DNA of 64,000 nt from Candidatus Eiseniibacteriota bacterium. GTDB taxonomy: Bacteria; Eisenbacteria; RBG-16-71-46. The stretch covers positions 192,001-256,000 of the forward strand of contig CAVUWA010000001.1 in NCBI GenBank assembly GCA_963744995.1, read 5' to 3'. The notes below the pieces were generated by a model, which had not been told where the DNA came from, did not search any database, and saw nothing but the letters and a program-made list of their open reading frames with translations. Below, one piece after another: positions 57,745 to 64,000 of the stretch. Position 1 is the stretch's first letter. Each line of letters opens with the position of its first letter. Made by a program: the position numbers and the translations under genes.

Positions 57745-58677
57745 TCAGACGAACAACGAACTGAGTGAACGTTCCTCGTGGATGCGCTGCACCGCCTCGC
57801 CGAGCAGCGCGGCCACCGACAGCTCGGTGACCTTGGACGGCAGCTGCACCGCGTCGTGGCGCACGGTGTTGGTGACCACCAGTTCGCTGATCACCGAGCT
57901 CTCGATTCGCGAGGTGGTCAGCTCACTGAACACGCCGTGCGTCACCCCCGCATACACTTCCAGCGCGCCCCGGTCGCGCACGGCCATGGCCGCCTGGCTC
58001 AGCGTGCCGCCGGTGGTGACGACGTCGTCGAACAGAACGGCGTTCTTGCCCTTCACGTCGCCGATGATGTTCAGGATTTCGACCGCGTCGGCACGCGGGC
58101 GGCGCTTGTCCACGAGCGCGAGGTCGGCGCCGAGGCGCTTGGCATAGGCGCGCGCCATCTTCACGCTGCCGATGTCCGGCGCGACGACGAGCAGGTTCGG
58201 GATCTTCTTCTTCGCGAAGTACTCGATCAGCACCGGGGCGGCGTAGAGGTGATCGAACGGAATGTCGAAGAACCCCTGGATCTGCGCGCTGTGCAGATCC
58301 ATCGTCAGCGCGCGATCGGCGCCCGCGACCGTGATCAGGTTGGCGACCAGCTTGGCGCTGATCGGCGCGCGCGGCTGGTCCTTGCGGTCCTGGCGTGCGT
58401 AACCGAAGTACGGCATCACCGCGGTGACGCGGCGCGCGGAGGCGCGCTTCGCCGCATCGAGCATGATCAGCAACTCCATGAGGTTTTCCGCCGGTGCGCC
58501 GGTCGACTGCACGATGAACACGTCGCCACCGCGGATGTTCTCGTTGAAGCGGACGGAGACCTCGCCGTCCTCGAAGCGCGAAACCGTCACGTCGCCGAGC
58601 GGAACTCCGAGATGGTCACAGATCGACTGCGCCAGCCTGGGATTGGCATTGCCGGTGAAGATCCGACAGTGGTCCAA
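57745..58677 (-). CDS. prs: Ribose-phosphate pyrophosphokinase
   Basis: F.DGE, PYFGYARQDRK, DLHSAQIQGFF, DKRR, DDVVTTGGT, SLSSLF; TTG start with GGGAGG SD. Confidence 0.97.
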   Translation of the reverse strand: MDHCRIFTGNANPRLAQSICDHLGVPLGDVTVSRFEDGEVSVRFNENIRGGDVFIVQSTGAPAENLMELLIMLDAAKRASARRVTAVMPYFGYARQDRKDQPRAPISAKLVANLITVAGADRALTMDLHSAQIQGFFDIPFDHLYAAPVLIEYFAKKKIPNLLVVAPDIGSVKMARAYAKRLGADLALVDKRRPRADAVEILNIIGDVKGKNAVLFDDVVTTGGTLSQAAMAVRDRGALEVYAGVTHGVFSELTTSRIESSVISELVVTNTVRHDAVQLPSKVTELSVAALLGEAVQRIHEERSLSSLFV

Positions 58678-58829
58678 GATCGTCCTCCCCGTTGGACGTG
58701 GGTCGCCGCCGCTCCGCGCAGGCGCGTCGAAGCGCAATGATCGGGCGCCGGGCGGTCCGGTGGGAACGACAGGCGTCCGCAGCTATATGGAGGTTCCCGC
58801 TGCCGGCGTTCGTTCCCGGGCCCAGAGGT

Positions 58830-58904
58830 TGGCTGGGGCGGGAGGATTCGAACCTCCGGATCCGGGAGCCAAAGTCCCGTGCCTTACCACTTGGCCACGC
58901 CCCA
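58830..58904 (-). tRNA. tRNA-Gln (anticodon TTG)
   Basis: TGGGGCG acceptor stem, D-arm GCCAAGTGGTAAGGC, anticodon arm CGGGA-CTTTGGC-TCCCG, T-arm GGAGGTTCGAATCCTCC, encoded CCA. Confidence 0.97.
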
Positions 58905-59003
58905 CCAACGAACGGGGTTTCCGTCACGGACCGCGCTCACGGATGAGCAGCGGGGTGCTGGCAACTGGCCCAAAGGAAGCGTACTTAGGAGAAAAGCCCG
59001 GGC

Positions 59004-59032
59004 AGTCTACGAAGCGACCCCCCCGAAGTCAA
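59004..59032 (-). promoter_or_regulatory. Sigma70 promoter for tRNA-Gln-prs-rplY operon
   Basis: TTGACT-17 nt-TAGACT. Confidence 0.7.
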
Positions 59033-59143
59033 CCCCGCGCGGGGGTCCCTTTCCGGGGGCCGGAGCGCCGGGGACGGGGACGCGGACCGTCCCCCGCGTC
59101 CGCGGGCGCGGACGACGCAGGACCGGCTGAAAGACGCTCCCGC

Positions 59144-59452
59144 CTAGTTCGCGGCGGGTCCTGCGGCGTCGGATGCGCCGCGGCCCGGCGAGGGGTTCCG
59201 CAGCTCCCGGTAGTACTCCGCCAGGATCGTCTCCGTCATGTACTTACGGGTCAGATCGTTGATCGGATGCGCCAGATCCTGGTGCTGACCGTCGGGACGC
59301 TTGCGGCTCGGCATGGCGACGAACAGTCCGCTGTTGCCGTGGATGATCTTGAGTCCCCGCACCACGAACGAGTCGTTGAGCGTGACGCTGACGAACGCCT
59401 TCAGCTTCTCGTCGTTGCGGATCGAGACGCGGACCTCGGTGATCTCGATCAT
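59144..59452 (-). CDS. spoVG: SpoVG family nucleic-acid-binding regulator
   Basis: ITEVRV, LKAFVSVT, G.FVAMPSRK, D.AHPIN. Confidence 0.95.
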   Translation of the reverse strand: MIEITEVRVSIRNDEKLKAFVSVTLNDSFVVRGLKIIHGNSGLFVAMPSRKRPDGQHQDLAHPINDLTRKYMTETILAEYYRELRNPSPGRGASDAAGPAAN

Positions 59453-59547
59453 GAGATCACCCGGGCGTGGCCGTCAGAGGACGTGCGTGGGGGGCTCTGG
59501 GCGGACAACCGGCGAAGCTTGAGCATTCTGCTTCCTTGCCTTCCGGC

Positions 59548-60480
59548 TCAAGTCACGAGCTTCTGGAGAAGATGCCCCGCCCCGGTGGAGCGCACCAGGT
59601 AGAGCGGCTCTCTTCCGTTGAACCTGCCGATGATCCGCTGTCCCTCCGTCTCATTCGCCACGATCCCAAACATGGCAGAGCCGCTGCCCGTCATATGAAT
59701 GGATGACAGGCCGGCGGCGGCAAGACGACGCGACAGCGAATCGAAACGGGCTCTGAAATCGCCCAGCACGTCCTCGAAAACGTTACCCAGCCGAAGCGAA
59801 TCCGTTGCGCTTACTGGCTTGCGGCGAAGGGCTTGCAACGATCTTAGTTTCGCATTCCAGCCTGTCAAGCCATATTTGGCCCGGTCGATCCGCCGGAACG
59901 CGGCAGCGGTCGAGATTCGCCAGCCGGGCACCGCGAGGACGGCATGGAAGGGTTCGATCAGCCTCAACCTCTCGAGGCGGTCGCCCCTGCCGAGGCCGAG
60001 TGCGGTGCCGCCGAACAGCGCGAACGGAACGTCGGCGCCGAGCGTGGCAGCCAGGGCCAGCATCCGCTCCCTGCGCGGCTTGAGGCCATGGAGCGCCGCC
60101 ATCGCCCGCAGCGTGGCCGCGGCGTCGGCGCTGCCGCCACCGAGCCCGGCGCGGCTCGGGATGCGTTTCCACAGAACAAACCTGGCGCCGCCCGGAACCC
60201 CGAACGTGGCGGCGAACGCCCGCGCCGCGCGCAGCACCAGATTGTCGTCGCCGGCGGTGATGTCCGGATCGACCGGCGTCTTTCCGCGGCGCGCGACGTC
60301 CTCGCGGCGCACTTCGAGCGAAAACCGGCCGCGCGCGCGTTCCGCGCGGAGCGTGTCGGCGAGCGAGATCGACTGGAACACCGTCGCCAGCTCATGGGCG
60401 CCGTCCTCACGCCGCGGCCCGACGGCCAGCGCGAGGTTCAGCTTCGCGCGCGCTGCGACGACCACCCGCGCACGCGGCAT
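59548..60480 (-). CDS. ispE: 4-diphosphocytidyl-2C-methyl-D-erythritol kinase
   Basis: AKLNL.L, HEL.TVFQ, DNLV.RAA, KRIP..AGLGGGSADAA, GADVPF, MTGSGS. Confidence 0.95.
   Translation of the reverse strand: MPRARVVVAARAKLNLALAVGPRREDGAHELATVFQSISLADTLRAERARGRFSLEVRREDVARRGKTPVDPDITAGDDNLVLRAARAFAATFGVPGGARFVLWKRIPSRAGLGGGSADAAATLRAMAALHGLKPRRERMLALAATLGADVPFALFGGTALGLGRGDRLERLRLIEPFHAVLAVPGWRISTAAAFRRIDRAKYGLTGWNAKLRSLQALRRKPVSATDSLRLGNVFEDVLGDFRARFDSLSRRLAAAGLSSIHMTGSGSAMFGIVANETEGQRIIGRFNGREPLYLVRSTGAGHLLQKLVT
59841..59868 (-). promoter_or_regulatory. Internal sigma70 promoter inside ispE
   Basis: TTGACA-16 nt-TAAGAT in a conspicuously AT-rich stretch of ispE. Confidence 0.65.
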
Positions 60481-61367
60481 CAGTGCACGTAGAGGATCAC
60501 GACCACCACCAGCAGATAGAGCAGCACGCACACCTGGATGGGCCGGTCGTTGAGCAGTACGTAGGACGGATCTTCCGCGGTCTCGGACACGTGCACGAGA
60601 TGCAGGTAACGGAAGATGCCGTACGTGACCAACGGCACGGTGTAGAGCAGCGCCTCGCTGCCGAATTTGGCGACCGTCGCCGGCCAGATCGTGTAGAGCG
60701 CGTAGGCCATCACGCTCGCCGCCGAGGCCGCGGCCAGCAGCATGTCCAGCACCTGGGGCGAATAATGGTCCAGCACCTCGCGCTGGTCCGCCGCGTCTTC
60801 GCCGGCGTTGGCCATCTCGCGCCGCCGCTTGGCGAGGCCCAGGAACAGCGCGCCGAAGAACGTGCACACCAGCAGCCACGGCGACAGCGCGGTCTCGGGC
60901 GACACCGGGGTCAGCAGCTGCACGCCGGCGATCGCGCGCAGCACGAACCCGAGCGCGACGACGAACACGTCGATCAGCACGTGCGCCTTGAGCCCGTACG
61001 TGTAGCTGAGATTGAGCACGAGGTAGATTCCCGCGACGGCGGCGAAGCCCGGCCCGAGCCACCACGACAGCCCGCCGCCCGCGATGAGCAGCGGCACCAG
61101 TGCCGCGCGCGCCGCGCGCACCGGCAGCCGCCCCGCGGCGATCGGGCGCAGCCGCTTCTTCGGATGGACGCGGTCCTTCGACAGGTCGCGCAGGTCGTTG
61201 ATGATGTACACCGTCCCCGCGATCAGCGAGAACGCGAGGAATCCGGCGAGTGCGCGCAGCACGAAGTCGGGGTGGTTGAACTGCTGCGAGAACAGCAGAC
61301 CGGCGAACAGCAGCAGGTTCTTGGTCCACTGCTTCGGGCGCAGCGCCTGGATCAGGGCGCCGATCAT
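60480..61367 (-). CDS. UbiA-family decaprenyl-phosphate phosphoribosyltransferase-like protein
   Basis: RPKQWTKN, YIINDLRD..DRVHPKKR.RPIAAG, GFVLRAIAG, KRRRE, YGIFRY, EDP. Confidence 0.88.
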   Translation of the reverse strand: MIGALIQALRPKQWTKNLLLFAGLLFSQQFNHPDFVLRALAGFLAFSLIAGTVYIINDLRDLSKDRVHPKKRLRPIAAGRLPVRAARAALVPLLIAGGGLSWWLGPGFAAVAGIYLVLNLSYTYGLKAHVLIDVFVVALGFVLRAIAGVQLLTPVSPETALSPWLLVCTFFGALFLGLAKRRREMANAGEDAADQREVLDHYSPQVLDMLLAAASAASVMAYALYTIWPATVAKFGSEALLYTVPLVTYGIFRYLHLVHVSETAEDPSYVLLNDRPIQVCVLLYLLVVVVILYVH

Positions 61368-62005
61368 GCGCGGCGCGTCCGTGCGGTGCGGGGGGCGCGG
61401 CGCCGGGCGCGCTCGACCACCGCGCGCTCGACCAGCTCGCACAGGGCGTGGCCCATCATCAGGTGCCCGGTCTGGATCTCCGGCGTCGAGGCGCTCGGGG
61501 TGACCAGGGCGACGTCACAGCGCCGCGCGAACGCAGCGCCCTTCTGCCCGGTCATACCCACCACGGCGATGCCGAGGTGCCGGGCCGCCCGCACCGCGGC
61601 GATCACGTTCTTCGAGGCGCCGCTGGTGGTGATCGCCACCAGCACGTCGCCCGGCGTTCCGGTGCTCTCGAGCTGGCGCGCGAAGACCTGCTCGAAACCG
61701 TAGTCGTTGCCGATCGCGGTCAACGCGGAGGTGTTGGTGGTCAGAGCGACGGCGGGCAGCGCCGGGCGATCGATCAGAAAGCGTCCGGCGAGTTCGGTGG
61801 CGAAGTGCTGCGCGTCGGCGGCGCTGCCGCCGTTGCCGCAGAAGTAGATCGTGCCGCCCGCGTCCAGGCAGTCGACCATCAGCGCGGCGGCCTCGGCCAC
61901 CGGCCGCGCGGCGCTGCGCACCGTACGGCGGGCGACCGTCTCGGCGCGCCCGAGCACGGCGCGGGCCCTGCGCTCGAGCGGAGTTTCACGGGAACGGGCG
62001 GGCAT
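61364..62005 (-). CDS. gmhA: Phosphoheptose (sedoheptulose-7-P) isomerase
   Basis: CGNGGSAADAQH..EL.GRF, TAIGNDYG, TTSG.S.NV, EIQ.GH. Confidence 0.93.
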   Translation of the reverse strand: MPARSRETPLERRARAVLGRAETVARRTVRSAARPVAEAAALMVDCLDAGGTIYFCGNGGSAADAQHFATELAGRFLIDRPALPAVALTTNTSALTAIGNDYGFEQVFARQLESTGTPGDVLVAITTSGASKNVIAAVRAARHLGIAVVGMTGQKGAAFARRCDVALVTPSASTPEIQTGHLMMGHALCELVERAVVERARRRAPRTARTRRA

Positions 62006-62010
62006 CTGCG

Positions 62011-62880
62011 TCAGACCTCCCGGGCGGCGGCACCGCCGGACGTGAGGGAATCGACATGGCGGTCGACGGCGTCCTGCCAGGCAGGCATCGGTCGGCCGGT
62101 GACGTGATCGAACCAGTGGCAGTCGAGCACCGAATACGCGGGGCGCGGCGCCGGGCGCACGAACGACTTCGAATCGGTGCGCTCGAGCGGCGTCGAGAGC
62201 CCGGCCCGCGCGAGCGCATGGGCGGCGAGGTCGTACCAGGTGCAGTCGCCGCGGCTGGTGCAGTGGTAGGTGCCGTACTGCGCTGCGCGCACGAGGTCGA
62301 TCAGGCCCCGCGCCAGGTCGTGGGTGGAGGTCGGCGCGCCGCGCTGATCGTCCACTACCTTGAGCGCCTCGCCCGCGCGCGCCTTCGCCAGAATCGTGTC
62401 GACGAAATTGGGCCCGCCGCGGCCGAACAGCCATGCGGTGCGCACGATCAGATGCTTCGGGTTCACCTCGCGCACGCACTGTTCTCCAGCCCATTTGGAC
62501 GCGCCGTACACCGAACGCGGCGCCGGCGGATCGTACTCGCGATAGGGCCGCGTGCCGTCGCCGCCGAACACGTAGTCGGTCGAGATCGTGAGCACCGCGG
62601 CCGCGCACTCCGCGGCTGCCAGTGCCACGTTCCTGGAGCCGATGCCGTTCACGAGATACGCATGGTCCGCCCGCGACTCGCACTCGTCCACCTTCGTGAA
62701 TGCGCCGAGGTGGAACACCCAGTCGGGGCGGAACGTGCGGATCGGGTGGATCAGCGCGTCGTAGCGCGTGACGTCGGCGTCCTCGCGGCGCAGGGCGAGC
62801 ACGTCGTGGCCCGCCGCCTCGAGCGCGCGCACGGTGGAGCGGGCCAGCATCCCGCCCGCGCCGGTCATGAATACCTTCAC
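62011..62880 (-). CDS. rfbD: dTDP-4-dehydrorhamnose reductase
   Basis: TGAGGML, TKVDECE, ISTDYVFGG, YGASK, DDQRG.PT, PAPRPAYS. Confidence 0.95.
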   Translation of the reverse strand: MKVFMTGAGGMLARSTVRALEAAGHDVLALRREDADVTRYDALIHPIRTFRPDWVFHLGAFTKVDECESRADHAYLVNGIGSRNVALAAAECAAAVLTISTDYVFGGDGTRPYREYDPPAPRSVYGASKWAGEQCVREVNPKHLIVRTAWLFGRGGPNFVDTILAKARAGEALKVVDDQRGAPTSTHDLARGLIDLVRAAQYGTYHCTSRGDCTWYDLAAHALARAGLSTPLERTDSKSFVRPAPRPAYSVLDCHWFDHVTGRPMPAWQDAVDRHVDSLTSGGAAAREV

Positions 62881-62917
62881 GGCCGGAGCCTCGTCGCCCG
62901 CGCGCGGCCGTGCGGGC

Positions 62918-64000
62918 TCATGCGAGCTCCACCCGGCTCGAGTCGCCGATCATCAGCCGGTGCGCACGCGGGCGCGTAGCGTGCGTCGTCACCGTGACGT
63001 CGCGGCCGATCAGGCTCGATTCGATGCGGTGCGGCACGCCGCTGATCGTACTGCGCTCGAGCACGATGGAGTGCTCGATCTCCGAATGCGAAATCGTCAC
63101 GCCGTCGGCGATCGCGCTGAACGGCCCGATGTAGGCGTCCTCGATGGTCGCGTTCGCGCCGACCACCAGCGGCCCGCGCAGGCGCGAACGCAGCACCGTC
63201 GAGCCCGCGCCGATGCAGACGTTCCCCTCGATCCGGGTCGCCTCGTCGACGCTGCCGTCGATCTTCGTCTCGAGATCGGCGAGCACGATGCGGTTCGCCT
63301 CGAGCAGGTCCTCGACCTTGCCGGTGTCCTTCCACCAGCCGCCGATGACGTGCGAGCGCACGCGCCGCTTCGCGTTGATCAGGTGCTGAATCGCGTCGGT
63401 GATCTCGAGCTCGCCACGGCGGCTCGGGCGGATCGCGTTCACCGCCTCGAAGATCGACGGATCGAACAGGTAGACGCCCACCAGGGCCAGATCGCTCTTC
63501 GGCTGCTTCGGCTTCTCCTCGAGCCGTACGACGCGGTCGCCGTCGAGCTCGGCGACGCCGAAGTCCTGCGGCGTCTTGACGTGGGCAAGCAGGATCTGTG
63601 CATTGGGCTGCTCGGCCTCGAACTCGCGCACGAACGGGACGATGCCGTCCTTGATCAGGTTGTCACCCAGGTACATGACGAACGCATCGTCGCCGATGAA
63701 CGGCTGGGCGATCTTCACCGCGTGCGCGAGCCCGAGCGGGGCCTCCTGCTCGATGTACGTCACCCGCAGGCCGAATGCCGCGCCGTCGCCGACCGCGCGG
63801 CGGATCTCGGCCTGGCTGTTGACCATCACCGTGGTGTGCTCGCCGGTGCGGCGGTCGGGCTCGAGCATCTCGCGCGGATCGCTGACGACGATGCCGACGT
63901 CCACGATACCGGCGTCGCGCAGGGATTCGAGGCCGTAGAACAGCACGGGTTTGTTGGCCACCGGCACCAGCTGCTTGGCGCTCGTGTGCGTGATGGGACG
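62918..64000 (-). CDS. rfbA: Glucose-1-phosphate thymidylyltransferase, long form (5' end outside window)
   Basis: RPITHTSAKQLVPVANKP, PLGLAHA, YLGDN, EEKP, RGELEITDA, WWKDTG, hexapeptide C-terminus. Confidence 0.94.
   Translation of the reverse strand, partial: RPITHTSAKQLVPVANKPVLFYGLESLRDAGIVDVGIVVSDPREMLEPDRRTGEHTTVMVNSQAEIRRAVGDGAAFGLRVTYIEQEAPLGLAHAVKIAQPFIGDDAFVMYLGDNLIKDGIVPFVREFEAEQPNAQILLAHVKTPQDFGVAELDGDRVVRLEEKPKQPKSDLALVGVYLFDPSIFEAVNAIRPSRRGELEITDAIQHLINAKRRVRSHVIGGWWKDTGKVEDLLEANRIVLADLETKIDGSVDEATRIEGNVCIGAGSTVLRSRLRGPLVVGANATIEDAYIGPFSAIADGVTISHSEIEHSIVLERSTISGVPHRIESSLIGRDVTVTTHATRPRAHRLMIGDSSRVELA

Noticed and set aside
58830..58904. tRNA-Gln as an integration site
   Set aside because: No duplicated 3' tRNA fragment or integrase in the window; flanked by core genes.
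59144..59452. spoVG as evidence for sporulation
   Set aside because: SpoVG is widespread in non-sporulating bacteria in this ispE-prs context.
59521..59550. CCGGAAGGCAAGGAAGCAG (minus strand) resembling the SRP RNA domain IV motif
   Set aside because: Lacks the upstream TCAGG element and the long enclosing helix; more likely part of the spoVG leader.
61982..61996. parS-like sequence GTTTCACGGGAAC in the gmhA 5' end
   Set aside because: One base short of the 16-bp parS palindrome (GTTTCACGTGGAAC) and the flanks mismatch; single copy.

Overview
Very GC-rich chromosomal segment from a bacterium that is probably diderm: it encodes TonB, a Tad secretin, GmhA and lipoproteins. The spoVG/DUF2232 core gene order and the secreted dockerin-like and CHAT proteins suggest a poorly studied lineage such as Ca. 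Eisenbacteria; this is an inference only. From left to right the window holds: (1) an iorA-iorB-ADP-forming acyl-CoA synthetase operon with a sigma54-like promoter; (2) a divergent two-gene module of an octaheme HAO-family cytochrome c plus an internally duplicated four-His membrane protein; (3) kup, ALDH7, a secreted TPR-CHAT protease, and a thioesterase/nitronate-monooxygenase pair; (4) dockerin-like, ankyrin, VOC, msrA, archease, radC, ftsY-smc, dinB, cupin, selA and Nudix genes; (5) a Tad/Flp pilus locus with a sigma54 + IHF + paired-enhancer promoter and an unannotated small membrane ORF; (6) an orphan DUF222-like/HNH/RuvA-C-like gene; (7) a livKHMGF operon, a two-domain amidase with one dead domain, and TonB; (8) the core cluster rfbA-rfbD-gmhA-ubiA-like-ispE-spoVG-tRNA-Gln-prs-rplY-pth-rpsF-ssb-rpsR-DUF2232-rplI-PPIase-BFN. 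The best novelty candidates are the octaheme + four-His membrane protein module, the HNH element and the secreted caspase-like CHAT protein. No CRISPR array, rRNA, integrase or transposase was seen. All calls are by-eye motif recognition, with no database searches.
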